A stretch of DNA of 64,000 nucleotides from an uncultured Trueperaceae bacterium (GTDB lineage: Bacteria > Deinococcota > Deinococci > Deinococcales > Trueperaceae): positions 64,001-128,000 of the forward strand of contig CAWFFU010000009.1 in the NCBI GenBank assembly GCA_963815215.1. The letters run 5' to 3'. Position 1 is the first letter of the stretch. Each line of letters begins with the position of its first letter. A model generated the notes under the pieces. That model worked only from the letters and a program-made list of their open reading frames with translations, was not told where the DNA came from and ran no database searches. Shown here one piece after another: positions 1-9,915 of this stretch. Made by a program: the position numbers and the translations under genes.

Positions 1-1
1 C

Positions 2-1837
2 CTTGCGACCAATACCAGCGCCACGGTGACGCTGCCGAGCATCAGCGGCGCAACGGGGGTGACGTACACCTTCACTCTGACGGCAGCGGGTGCGAGCGGC
101 ACGGCGCCGGCCACGAAGACCGTCACCGTCGCCCAGACGCCGAACCAGCTGTCGGTCTCGCCGACCAGTGTGACGCTCGACAGCTCCACGCCCCAGAGGG
201 TCGTCACGCTCAGCAACACCAGCAACGCCGTGACCTCCTGGACCGCCACGCCGTCGGACACTCACGCGTCCGTGAGCCCGGCCCAGGGCACGCTCGCGGC
301 CGGGAGCAGCACCTCAATAACGGTCTCGGTCGATAGCACCGGCCTCAGCCAGGGCCAGACGATCACGCCGACGGTCACCTTCGATTCCGGCGTCGGCACG
401 GCCACCCTCGACGTGAGCTTCACGATGACGGTCGGCAGCCTCGCCCAGTGCGGGCAGATCCCCACGACGCTGTCGCTGGGGTCGATCGCAGGCAGCGCGA
501 CGCCGACCTCCGCGCCCGTCCACCCCACGGCGGTGGCGCCCGACGGCCGGAGCTACGTCCCGGGCGAGGTGCTGGTGAGCTACAACGCGGCGGCCGCGCC
601 CCAGAGCGCGGGCGGCGCGGCCGCCACGCTGCAGCAGCTCTCGGCCGACGTGCGCTCGAGCTACGGGCTCCAGCTGGTGCGGGCGGGCGCGCCGGGCGCG
701 CCCGATCTGGTGCGGGCGAGCGACGCGGTGGCGGCGCTGGCTCGCCTGCGCGCCGACCCGCGCGTGAGCGCGGCGCAGCTCAACTACTACCTGAAGCCGA
801 TGGCGTTCACGCCCAACGACACCTACTACGGCCAGGAGTGGAACCTGCAGGAGTTCGGCCTGGAGCAGGCCTGGAGCACCGAGACCGGCGCCAGCCACCG
901 GACCGTCCTCGCGGTGATCGACACCGGCGTGCAGATGAACCACCCCGACCTGCAGGCCAAGATCGTCGGCGGCTGCGACTTCTACGCCGGCGACAACGAC
1001 CCCACGCCGGGCCCCGGCATCGACCACGGCACGCACGTGGCCGGCATCGCCGCCGCCATCGGCAACAACAACCTGGGCGTGGCGGGCGTCGCCTTCGGTC
1101 CGCAGGTCATGATCGAGCCCATCAAGGTCTTCGACGATGCCGGCGGCGGCGCCACCACCAGCATCCTGATCGACGCCATCCGTTGGGCCGCCGGCCTGGC
1201 GGTGAGCGGCACCGCCACCAACCCCAACCCCGCCGACGTCATCAACATGAGCGTGGGGGCCCCCGGCGACCAGCCGCTGATCGACCAGGCCGCCACCGCC
1301 GCCTTCAACGCGGGTTCGCTGCTGGTGGCGTCGTCGGGCAACTACGGAACCGGCGCGCCGTTCCCCACCAACCCCGGCGTGCTGAGCCCCGCCAACGCGC
1401 CAGCCGTCATCGCGGTCGGCTCGGTCGACAGCGACCACCACATCTCCGGCTTCTCGGCCTACAGCACCGGCGCCGGTTACGCCACGGGCGTCGAGGTGAT
1501 GGCGCCGGGCGGCTTCGAGGTGTCGAGCAGCTACCCCGGCAACGCCTGCCTCTACCACTACTACACCACCACGTCATCGGACTACGGCGTCCTCAGCACC
1601 TACACCGGCAGCAACTACGGTTGCGATGTCGGCACCTCGATGGCGTCACCGTTCGTCGCCGGCGTGGCGGCGCTGCTCAAGAGCCACACGCCGAGCCTGA
1701 CGCCCACGCAGCTGCGTCAGACGCTCGACGGCACGGCGCTGTTCGAAGGGGGCATGACGACCGACGAGTACGGCCACGGCATCGTCTGCGCCGACCTGGC
1801 GCTGGACCCGCTCAGCGTCACCCAGTGCGGGCAGTAG
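2..1837 (+). CDS. S8 (subtilisin-like) serine peptidase with N-terminal Ser/Thr-rich Ig-like/BACON-like domain; 5' end outside window
   Basis: Catalytic triad motifs VIDTG (Asp), HGTHVAG (His), GTSMASP (Ser); oxyanion motif ASSGN; frame open to the window edge. Confidence 0.93.
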   Translation, partial: LATNTSATVTLPSISGATGVTYTFTLTAAGASGTAPATKTVTVAQTPNQLSVSPTSVTLDSSTPQRVVTLSNTSNAVTSWTATPSDTHASVSPAQGTLAAGSSTSITVSVDSTGLSQGQTITPTVTFDSGVGTATLDVSFTMTVGSLAQCGQIPTTLSLGSIAGSATPTSAPVHPTAVAPDGRSYVPGEVLVSYNAAAAPQSAGGAAATLQQLSADVRSSYGLQLVRAGAPGAPDLVRASDAVAALARLRADPRVSAAQLNYYLKPMAFTPNDTYYGQEWNLQEFGLEQAWSTETGASHRTVLAVIDTGVQMNHPDLQAKIVGGCDFYAGDNDPTPGPGIDHGTHVAGIAAAIGNNNLGVAGVAFGPQVMIEPIKVFDDAGGGATTSILIDAIRWAAGLAVSGTATNPNPADVINMSVGAPGDQPLIDQAATAAFNAGSLLVASSGNYGTGAPFPTNPGVLSPANAPAVIAVGSVDSDHHISGFSAYSTGAGYATGVEVMAPGGFEVSSSYPGNACLYHYYTTTSSDYGVLSTYTGSNYGCDVGTSMASPFVAGVAALLKSHTPSLTPTQLRQTLDGTALFEGGMTTDEYGHGIVCADLALDPLSVTQCGQ

Positions 1838-1849
1838 CCTGGCGCTGAC

Positions 1850-1978
1850 CGTGGACGGGCGCCTGCGCCCGGTGGCAGCCGAGCGCCAGCAGCCGATCGA
1901 ACGGGGCGCGGGTCTCGACACCCTCGGCCACGATCACAGGTCGAGGTGACGGGCGAGGCCAAGGGCGGCCTCCATCGT
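1850..1978 (-). pseudogene. Frameshifted C-terminal remnant of an EAL (c-di-GMP phosphodiesterase) domain
   Basis: Minus strand reads MEAALGLARHLDL-stop, then in a shifted frame VIVAEGVETRAPFDRLLALGCHRAQA, resembling the EAL C-terminal pattern (vvAEGVE..e..L..lGc..aQG); break at ~1934-1937. Confidence 0.7.
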
Positions 1979-2188
1979 GAAGTTGCGTGACGCCGTACCA
2001 CTGTGTTCGTCAGGCCACCGGTCTCGCTCGTGTGTCATCGTCGGGCCCTGCCGGCCACGTCGACCTCGTCGCCTGTGTTCCGTGCTGGCTCAACGCCTGG
2101 GGTCATGTCACTCGGCATCGAGCCCGTCCGTCTGGCCGGGACCCGCTGCGTTGCCCCTCGATCGTGCCGGTGTCGATCGCCTCTCCGC

Positions 2189-3991
2189 TCAACGGTCGTC
2201 CCCGCCACGGCCTGGACGGTCGTTCGTCCGCTCCTCCCAGCGCCTCGCCGCCGCCACGACCCGCTCTCGCTGCTTCAGGGCGACGGCTGCAGGCAGGCTG
2301 CTCCAGGCCTGGAGCAGCGCACCCGGTCCGTACGGCGGGCTGTAGTACTCGACCGGCGAGGCCCACCCCTGCGCCAGGCCGTACTCCCACCAGCGCAGCA
2401 GGGGATACTCCCAGCCCGGCATGCCCGCCTTCAACAGCAGATCGGCGTAGACTCCGTCCCAGTAGGGCCAGTCGGCGCCGTTGTGATAGCGGTAGGCGAA
2501 CGCTGATTTGCTTCGCAGGTCGCGCCGCCGGCGGTACGGCGGCCAGACGCTCATCACGCCCCAGTCGCCGTAGGGCTGCTCCGCGTTGTGCCGGGTCTCG
2601 AGGGAGCGCCGTACGGCCTGCAGCAGCGCCCGCGCCTGCGCGGCGTCGGCCAGACCGAAGCGGACAGCCGTGAGGGTATCGATGGCGAGATGGTCTTCGA
2701 CGAAGCCGTCCTCCGAGACGTACTCCACGTAGTGCCCCCGGCCGGCCTGCCACAGCCGTCGATCCGCCACCGTCCGAACGCGCCCGGCGCGTTCCAGCGC
2801 TCCGTCGCGCAGGGCGTCGTCGACGCCCTCCGCCAGCACTGCGATCGCTCGAAGCGCGCCGTGGTAGAGCGCAACGTCGTAGGTGACCGGCCCCGAGCGG
2901 TACACGTTGTCGGCCCAGTCACGGTCGTTCCGCGGCTTCTCCGGCACGCCGTCGCGGTCGCGGTCGAGGCCATCGTAGCGGTGGTAGATAGCCTGCAGGT
3001 GCCCCCGATACGCCGAGACCTGCTCGCGGTCGCCGGTCGCGGCCACGTACTCGGCGAGGAGCAGTACGAACAACGCAGGCGAGTCGAAGTGATCGCTCCA
3101 CCAGTCCAGGGGACGTCGGTGGTCGCGCGCGCGACCGCGGTCCTCCGACCGGAGCGACTCCCACGCGTGCGCCTGGAACGGACCCGGCACGATGACGCCG
3201 CTGGGCGCCTCGCCGGTCTCCTGCACGCCGGATGCCAGGTGCGCCAGCAGGCCGCGCACGCTCTCGGGCGTGACCTGCAATAGTGCCTGCGCCGTCCAGT
3301 AGCCGTCCCGGTAGTAGCTGCGCGCCGGTAGCGAGTATCCCGGGCCCGCCGCGACCCCCGCGAAGCCGCCGTGGGGATCGCGCTTCACGGCCGACAGCGC
3401 GGCGTGGAGTCCGAACGCCGCCATGCTTCGGAGCAGCTGGGAGGCCTCGGGGAGGCAGTCGCAGCGCTGCTCGTAGTCGTGCGCCTCGCGGAGCAGCGTC
3501 TCGTCGGGAAGCGCCAGCGCGCGCCGGGCTTCCTCGAGGTCCTCGCCGGCGGCCAGCCGGATGCCGTCGGTCTGCCGGCGGACGAGGAGCACGCCCCACG
3601 GCAGACGGTAGGCGCGGCCCGCAGGCGTGTCCTCCACCAAGGCGCGCACGGGTTCGCGCACGGAGGCGGAAGGTCTGAGGGCGGGCACCACCCGGACGCC
3701 GGCTGGCGCGAGCCCGTCGAGCAGCAGCGTCGGACACGACCGCGCCACCACCACGCGGTAGGCGGGCGTCTCCAGCGTGTTCGGCCGGACCCGCCAGGGT
3801 CCGGCGGGCTGTGGGCCTGCTGCCCCGGGCCCTGCGGTACCTGGGAGGGTGAGGTGCCCCATCGCGCCGCAACCCCAGAGCGCGACCTCGAGGCGGCCCC
3901 CGTGCACACGCCCCTCCAATCGCGGCGCCGCGAACGGCCACGTGACGGGGCGCTCGGACTGGAGCGTGGTGCCGTCTCGAACGGCGATCAT
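2189..3991 (-). CDS. Six-hairpin (alpha/alpha)6 glycosidase, glycogen-debranching/GH116-like
   Basis: 600 aa; motifs SYYRDGYW, WWSDHFDSP, DWADNVYR, YRYHNGADWPYWDG, PVEYYSP..LQAWS resemble amylo-alpha-1,6-glucosidase-like C-terminal domains; overlaps GH31 stop by 4 nt. Confidence 0.72.
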   Translation of the reverse strand: MIAVRDGTTLQSERPVTWPFAAPRLEGRVHGGRLEVALWGCGAMGHLTLPGTAGPGAAGPQPAGPWRVRPNTLETPAYRVVVARSCPTLLLDGLAPAGVRVVPALRPSASVREPVRALVEDTPAGRAYRLPWGVLLVRRQTDGIRLAAGEDLEEARRALALPDETLLREAHDYEQRCDCLPEASQLLRSMAAFGLHAALSAVKRDPHGGFAGVAAGPGYSLPARSYYRDGYWTAQALLQVTPESVRGLLAHLASGVQETGEAPSGVIVPGPFQAHAWESLRSEDRGRARDHRRPLDWWSDHFDSPALFVLLLAEYVAATGDREQVSAYRGHLQAIYHRYDGLDRDRDGVPEKPRNDRDWADNVYRSGPVTYDVALYHGALRAIAVLAEGVDDALRDGALERAGRVRTVADRRLWQAGRGHYVEYVSEDGFVEDHLAIDTLTAVRFGLADAAQARALLQAVRRSLETRHNAEQPYGDWGVMSVWPPYRRRRDLRSKSAFAYRYHNGADWPYWDGVYADLLLKAGMPGWEYPLLRWWEYGLAQGWASPVEYYSPPYGPGALLQAWSSLPAAVALKQRERVVAAARRWEERTNDRPGRGGDDR

Positions 3992-6294
3992 GCGGGGAGG
4001 TCCCAGCGTGCGGGGAGCTCGCGCCAGCCCTCGCGCTCCGTCTCCTCGCCGGCGGCGCTGAGCCCTGCGCCGAGTCGTAGCGGGCGGGTCTCGCCAGCGG
4101 GCAGCCGTAGCGTGACGCTGCGGTCGGGGAGCGGGTAGCGGTGCTCGAGCGCCTCCGCCTCGACCACGATGGCGCCGGCGTCATAGCGCACGCGGAGATC
4201 CAGGAGGGTGCGTTCGCCGCGTTGGTACGCCAGGCTCTCGCCGTCGTCGGCGTAGAGCCGGAAGGCCGTGGCGCCCTCGCCCAGGTGAGGGTAGATACGG
4301 AGCTCCGCGACGCGCCCGTCGCGGCGCGCGCGCCCGTCCGGCGCGAAGCCGAGCGGCAGGATGGCGCCGGCCCGGACGAAGGCCGGCACCGCCTCGAGCG
4401 GGTATGGCACCGCGTGGCGCCCGGAGGGGTAGTAGCGGGCGTCCTGAAGGCGGTACCAGCCCAGCTCGCCGGGCAGGAGCGTCTCGGCCTCGCGCACGCC
4501 CGGCCCGAACGCCTCTCCTGGCACCAGGACGGCCGGGCCGAGCAGGAAGCTGAAGGGTTGCTCGTAGGCCTCGGGCGTGTCGAAGGCGTAGAACAGCGGG
4601 CGCATCACGGGCGCGCCCGTCTCGCCGTGCTCGAAGAACAGGCTGTAGAGGTAGGGCAGGAGGCGGTAGCGCAGCCGCAGGGCCTCGCGCACGGCCGGAA
4701 GCACCTCCGGGTGGCTCCACGGCTCGGTCGGCGGCGTCTTCCACGAGTGGATGACGAAGCGCGGGAAGAACACGCCCTGCTGCACCCAGCGCAGGAACAG
4801 CTCCGCGTCCGGGGCGGGACCCGCGAAGCCGCCCACGTCGTGGCCATGGTTGGCGAAGCCGCTGAGGCCCAGTGACAACCCCATGGGCGTGTTGAAGTGC
4901 AGCGACCGCCAGTCCGAGCGGTTGTCGCCGCTCCACGTCTGGGCCAGGCGCTGGACGCCCAGCGACGCCGAGCGGCTGATCACGAACGGGCGGCGCCGCG
5001 GCCGCGCCGCCTCGCACGCCCGGTACGAAGCGAGCGCCATGGCGCGCATCTGCGATGCCGGATGGGCGGGCTCCCCGCCGGCCGTGAAGGCGTCCTCGAG
5101 CGCGAACTCGTTGTTGTCGTTCCATATGCCTTCGATGCCGACGTCCAGCAATTGGGTCGTGACGCGCTCGCGCCAGTAGCGGGTGGCGACCTCGTTGGTG
5201 AAGTCGAGGAAGCTCCCCGCCCCACCCCAGAAGTCCCCGTGGTGGGGCGTACCCTCGGCCGTCCGCAGGAACGCGCCCTGCTCGGAGAGGGAGGCGTAGT
5301 CGGGATGGTCCTCGAGCATGCCGGGCTTCACGTTCGCTACGACTCGGAGCCCGCGCTCCGCCATCCTGCCCACGAGGCCGCGCGGGTCCACGATGCGGTC
5401 CGACCACGTGAACACGTAGCGGCGACCCTGTCGCAGGGTATAGCCCGACGACAGGTGCATGCCGTCCACGGGGATGCCCTCCCGCTCGCAGCGGTCCGCG
5501 AAGGCGATCAGCGCGGCCTCGGGGTCGTCGGCGTCGGCGTAGGCCATGCCCGAGGCCAGGTAGCCGAGACTCCAGCGCGGCGGGAGCTGCGGTCGGCCCA
5601 GCAGCCCCGTCAGGCGCCGCAGCAGCGTTGGCAGGTCGGGCGCGACGAGCACGTAGTACGTGAGGCCTCGCCCCCCCGCCTCGACGTAGCGGAAGGGCCC
5701 CAGATAGTTGTGGATCTCGGCGCCCAGGTCGAACACCATGGGGAAGGGCATGTCGTATACCAGCGCCGCCCAGCGGCCCTCGGGGCGGCGCAACAGCAGG
5801 ACGGGCCAGTGCTTGTAGAGGGGGTCGCCGAGCTCCGCGTCGTAGCCCAGCGCGTCCCTTGGCTCGAGCCGGTAGCGCCTTCCGGTGCGCTCCAGCGCCC
5901 CGCTGACCTCGCCCACGCCGTAGAGGCGCTCGCCGTCGGCGCGCACCTGCCGATGCGTCAGGCCGGAGCCTCCGAGGACATAGGCGTGTGTCGGGTGGTC
6001 GGCGAGAAAGGCGTTGCCGTCCACCTCCCAGTCCAACGACAGCGGCGCGCCTCGGAGCGTGACGCGGAGGCCGTCGAGTTGCACGGTCCACCGGCCGTCC
6101 TTGCTGGCGATCGAGGCCGGCGCGTGGCGCGGCGCTGCCACCGCTTCCTCCCACGACGCGTCGCCGACGATGAGCCGCACCTGGGCGACGCCGCTGGAGA
6201 CGGCCGACAGCCGGAGCGTGGCGTCGCCCACGTCCCAGCGGGCACCCTCGCGGTCCGCACCCGCGTAGCGGGCGCCCGTCAGTGTGACGCTCAT
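3988..6294 (-). CDS. Glycoside hydrolase family 31 (alpha-glucosidase-like)
   Basis: 768 aa; DPLYKHWP, PPRWSLGY, nucleophile WNDNNE, acid/base WSGDN, HDVGGF, LRYRLLPYLYS. Confidence 0.92.
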   Translation of the reverse strand: MSVTLTGARYAGADREGARWDVGDATLRLSAVSSGVAQVRLIVGDASWEEAVAAPRHAPASIASKDGRWTVQLDGLRVTLRGAPLSLDWEVDGNAFLADHPTHAYVLGGSGLTHRQVRADGERLYGVGEVSGALERTGRRYRLEPRDALGYDAELGDPLYKHWPVLLLRRPEGRWAALVYDMPFPMVFDLGAEIHNYLGPFRYVEAGGRGLTYYVLVAPDLPTLLRRLTGLLGRPQLPPRWSLGYLASGMAYADADDPEAALIAFADRCEREGIPVDGMHLSSGYTLRQGRRYVFTWSDRIVDPRGLVGRMAERGLRVVANVKPGMLEDHPDYASLSEQGAFLRTAEGTPHHGDFWGGAGSFLDFTNEVATRYWRERVTTQLLDVGIEGIWNDNNEFALEDAFTAGGEPAHPASQMRAMALASYRACEAARPRRRPFVISRSASLGVQRLAQTWSGDNRSDWRSLHFNTPMGLSLGLSGFANHGHDVGGFAGPAPDAELFLRWVQQGVFFPRFVIHSWKTPPTEPWSHPEVLPAVREALRLRYRLLPYLYSLFFEHGETGAPVMRPLFYAFDTPEAYEQPFSFLLGPAVLVPGEAFGPGVREAETLLPGELGWYRLQDARYYPSGRHAVPYPLEAVPAFVRAGAILPLGFAPDGRARRDGRVAELRIYPHLGEGATAFRLYADDGESLAYQRGERTLLDLRVRYDAGAIVVEAEALEHRYPLPDRSVTLRLPAGETRPLRLGAGLSAAGEETEREGWRELPARWDLPA

Positions 6295-8975
6295 GGCGCC
6301 CTCCCCTCGGCCGCTCCGAGCGCCGGCCCGGCACCGTCGAAGCGCAGCGGGATGACGTGTCGGAGGCCGGCGTGCTCGAGCACCATCGCGGCGTCACCGA
6401 GCTCCGTCCGCGTATAGCGGTTGTGGTAGTGCTGGAAGGCCGCGGTGTCGACGAGCGCGCCGTCCACCTGCAGGCCTTCGAGCCAGCCGAGCGTCAGCTC
6501 GCTGCCGTCGGCAGGCCGCCAGCTCAGGCGAGGGCCCTCTGCCGCGACCGGCGACGGGCCCTCGCGCAGGCGCTCGCAGAACGCCTGGAACGTTCCGTCT
6601 TCCGCCGCGCTTCCCACCGTGCACAGCCACGCAAGGCCGGCGCCGCGGCTGCGCAGCTCCTGCCGGGCGAAGCGGCCCTCCTCGGTGAGCGCGAGCGGGC
6701 CGTCGCCCCACAGGGCCACGTAGCCCGAGCCGTGGCGCGCGAACGCCCACGCCCCCTCGACGCTCCAGACGTCGAAGCTCTCGACAGGGAAGTAGGCGTG
6801 GGTGAAGCCCAGCCCCACGGCGTCGTCGAGGCGGTACAGGCAGAGCACGGTGCGGCCGTGCATGCCCACCTGGGGCAGCCGCGCCGAACCGGCCCAGAAG
6901 TTCGGACGGGCCTGGCCGTGCTCGAGCCGGTTGCCGGGGTAGGTGGTGAAGACCACCGCCTCCGGGCCGAGGGTGGCTTGCCAGAGGTGCTCCTGGATGC
7001 CCATCGCACCGGGGCGGTGGTCCAGGGCGGCGGCGAGCTGGTAGTCCGGCGTGCGTCGGGTGAGCGTGCGCACGTCCCAGCCGTCTGCGCGCATGTCGGC
7101 TTCGGGAAGGAAGTCGCCGCGGGCGTGGGCGTAGGTGACCAGCGCCTCGGGCAGGTCCGCGCCGATGGCCTGGATCACGTCCGGAACGCGATAGCGCTCA
7201 CTCATCGCGAGCAAACCGGGCGCGCGCGTCTCGCTGTTGAAGGTGCCCGTTCCCCACGCCAGGCGCTGCAGACCGGCGGTGGCGTCGTTGCGGCCCGATC
7301 TCAGCGCCCCCACGTAGCAGCGGCCATGCGTGCAACCCTGTGTGCCTCGGAAGGACTGCGCGGCCAGCATGAAGAACAGCTTGTCGAGGAGGCTCCGCGC
7401 GCGTTGGGACACGCCCTGTTCGTCGGCGAACTCCACCAGCGCCAGCAGGGCGAAGGCGTCCATCGCGAGATAGGCGTTGGAGTCCCACTCGGAGAACCCC
7501 GAGCGCAGCCGGCGCTCGATCCAGGCGAGGATCCGGCTGCGCGCGGCGGGGAGCTTCGCCGCGCCGGTGATGCCGCTGTTGCTGAAGGTGAGATCGGGCC
7601 ATCGCTGAGCTGCCAGGTACTCGCTGGCGTGGAACAGGATCTGGTGATTCTCGGTGAAGTAGCACATGGCGTCGAGGCCAGGCTCCTCGAGCCAGTACTT
7701 GAAGTGACGGAAGGCGTCGCGGATGGCCTCCAGGTCCCGGGCGTCCAACGCGGGGCTGTCGGCGAACCAGTACACGACCGCCAGCAGGCCCAGCGCGTGG
7801 AAGTCGGCGGTGTCGCGCCGCTCGTTCAGGAAGCGCAGCGAGGTCGCCACGGCCTCGCGCGCGATCCTGGGCGTGTGTCCGAGGCGCACCGCGGCCGCGC
7901 TTCCGAGCACGTCCGCGTCCATCCGTGCCAGGTGCGCCAGCGCCTCGCGCCGCCGCGATTCGTAGCTGCCGTAGGGCGTGTCGCGGTAGGCCACGAGCGC
8001 GGGCACGACCTCGTAGCGGCGCTCCAGGGGCAGGTCGGTCGCTGGCCGGATCACCAGGTCCACCCGTCCCTCGCTCAGGGTGGAGGCCACGGCGTGGCGC
8101 ACGCCACGTGCCAGCGGCAGCGCGACGCTCTGCCCGGGTTCGGCCGTGAACGTCCCGAGGTGCGAGCGGATGGGCGGATCCGACGCCAGCTCCGCCGTGA
8201 CCGTGAAGCTCACCGCAGAGCCGGCTCCGGCGGCCACGCTGGCGGCCGCCTCCTGCTCCTCCACCACGAAGCGGCTCACCTGAACGGCGCCCACGCAACG
8301 CTCGGCCTCGTGCCAGGCGCCCTCCGAGCGATCGCCGATCGGCACGCGCACGTTCAGGCCGGCCGGGTCCAGGAACCGCAGCCCGAGCGCCAGGCGTGCC
8401 TCGCGCAGCCCGATCATGTCGCCCCGCAGCCAGAGGCCGTGCACGCCTTCGTCCAGAGGGAGCGAGACCCGCACCGCGTAGGGGTGCACGTAGCTGAACG
8501 GCCGCCGGTGGTGGTGGACGAGGCGTCCGTCGAGCCACAGGTGGGCGGGCCCGATCGTGATCAGTTCGACGTCGCGAGGTCGTGCCTCGTCACAGACGAT
8601 CTCGGTGTACAGGTGGCCGCTGAATAGGGCGGGGGTGTGACTGAAGCGGCTGAAGTCGGCCGTGTCATCGTCCGGTGCCAGGTAGCGCCAGCGCATGCCA
8701 TCTCCCTCGGCCCCAGTCACCGTGGGGGCGGGGTCGATCACGTCGAGGGCGGGATCGAGCGCCTCGTAGATGCGGCTCTTGGCGGCCTGCACACGCGCGT
8801 CCCAGGCCCAGTAGTTGAGGGTCCAGCGGCCGCGTTCGCCGAAGGGCGGGCCGCTCGGCGCGAACGCCTCGGCTAGCGCCCCGTCGGCCGGGATCGGCGT
8901 GACCGAGGGACCGGAGGCGAGCCAGTGCCGGACGGCGCCGTTGGTTTCGAGGGGGTAGGTCGCGTGGTTGCTCAT
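6291..8975 (-). CDS. Uncharacterised ~894-aa cytoplasmic protein, probably carbohydrate-active (beta-rich / helical / beta-rich)
   Basis: ATG at 8975 with GGAG RBS; high GC3; motif-like segments RRDTADF, YFTENHQILFH, GFSEWDSNAY, THGRCY, RPNFWAG; 4-nt overlap with GH31 start. Confidence 0.8.
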   Translation of the reverse strand: MSNHATYPLETNGAVRHWLASGPSVTPIPADGALAEAFAPSGPPFGERGRWTLNYWAWDARVQAAKSRIYEALDPALDVIDPAPTVTGAEGDGMRWRYLAPDDDTADFSRFSHTPALFSGHLYTEIVCDEARPRDVELITIGPAHLWLDGRLVHHHRRPFSYVHPYAVRVSLPLDEGVHGLWLRGDMIGLREARLALGLRFLDPAGLNVRVPIGDRSEGAWHEAERCVGAVQVSRFVVEEQEAAASVAAGAGSAVSFTVTAELASDPPIRSHLGTFTAEPGQSVALPLARGVRHAVASTLSEGRVDLVIRPATDLPLERRYEVVPALVAYRDTPYGSYESRRREALAHLARMDADVLGSAAAVRLGHTPRIAREAVATSLRFLNERRDTADFHALGLLAVVYWFADSPALDARDLEAIRDAFRHFKYWLEEPGLDAMCYFTENHQILFHASEYLAAQRWPDLTFSNSGITGAAKLPAARSRILAWIERRLRSGFSEWDSNAYLAMDAFALLALVEFADEQGVSQRARSLLDKLFFMLAAQSFRGTQGCTHGRCYVGALRSGRNDATAGLQRLAWGTGTFNSETRAPGLLAMSERYRVPDVIQAIGADLPEALVTYAHARGDFLPEADMRADGWDVRTLTRRTPDYQLAAALDHRPGAMGIQEHLWQATLGPEAVVFTTYPGNRLEHGQARPNFWAGSARLPQVGMHGRTVLCLYRLDDAVGLGFTHAYFPVESFDVWSVEGAWAFARHGSGYVALWGDGPLALTEEGRFARQELRSRGAGLAWLCTVGSAAEDGTFQAFCERLREGPSPVAAEGPRLSWRPADGSELTLGWLEGLQVDGALVDTAAFQHYHNRYTRTELGDAAMVLEHAGLRHVIPLRFDGAGPALGAAEGRAP

Positions 8976-9030
8976 CACACTCCAGGTCGAGGGGGTCCTG
9001 CGCACGGCAGCCGGCGCATGCCGGGCGCGG

Positions 9031-9915
9031 CTACACGTGGGCGAGGTAGCGGGCTTTCATCAGCTCGAGCACGGCGTCACCCGGCTGCTCCCAGAGCTCT
9101 CGGTTGAAGATCTCGCACTCGATGGGTCCCCGGTAACCGGCCCGGTCCACCGCTCGCCGGAACTCCCGGAGCCCGATCCAGCCGTCCCCCATCATGCCCC
9201 TGCCTTCGAGCACCGCCGGCAACGGGGTGATCCAATCACTCACGTGGAACGCGAAGATCCTGTTCCCGGCGCGTGTGATCTCGGCCCCGGCGCGGGGGTC
9301 CCACCAGACGTGATAGGCGTCCACGACGACGCCGACGGTGGGATCGTCGGCGGGGAAAGGCTCGTTGAGTCGGTCGGCGGCGTCGTTGGCCTGGCCCAGG
9401 GTGACCACGACACTGCGATCGGCGCAGAACATGGGGTGGAGGGGCTCGATCCCCAGCCGCACGCCCCGCTCGCGAGCGTCTGGGGCGATGGCGGCGATAC
9501 CGTCCCACACCATCTCGCGCGCCGCGGCCACGTCGCCGCCGGGGTGGATGCCTCCACAAACCAGCACCAGTGTGTCGGCCCCCAGCTCGGCGCACTCGTC
9601 GATGGCGCGGCGGTTGTCGTCGAGCCGCGCCGCGCGCTCAGCCGCGGTGGCGGCCGGGAACATCCCGCCGCGGCACAGGCTCGAGCAGTGCACGCCCGTC
9701 TCGCGCAGCGCTCGCACGCTGTCGCGCAGGCCCTGGGCGGCCACCTTGTCGCGCCACAGGCCGACCCAGCCGAGGCCCGCCCGGGCGCAGCCCTCCACCG
9801 CTTCGGCCACGCTCCAGTGGTACGTGGTGTACTGGTTGAGGCTCAGCCGGCCGAGGTCGGGCGGCGACTCGTCGGCGCCACGCTCCGATGCGGCCCCGGC
9901 AGCGCCCGCCCTCAC
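9031..9915 (-). CDS. Sugar phosphate isomerase/epimerase (xylose-isomerase-like TIM barrel, AP_endonuc_2)
   Basis: Metal-ligand motifs IEPLHP, DAYH, FHVSD, ECEIF; RGMMGDG. Confidence 0.88.
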   Translation of the reverse strand: MRAGAAGAASERGADESPPDLGRLSLNQYTTYHWSVAEAVEGCARAGLGWVGLWRDKVAAQGLRDSVRALRETGVHCSSLCRGGMFPAATAAERAARLDDNRRAIDECAELGADTLVLVCGGIHPGGDVAAAREMVWDGIAAIAPDARERGVRLGIEPLHPMFCADRSVVVTLGQANDAADRLNEPFPADDPTVGVVVDAYHVWWDPRAGAEITRAGNRIFAFHVSDWITPLPAVLEGRGMMGDGWIGLREFRRAVDRAGYRGPIECEIFNRELWEQPGDAVLELMKARYLAHV

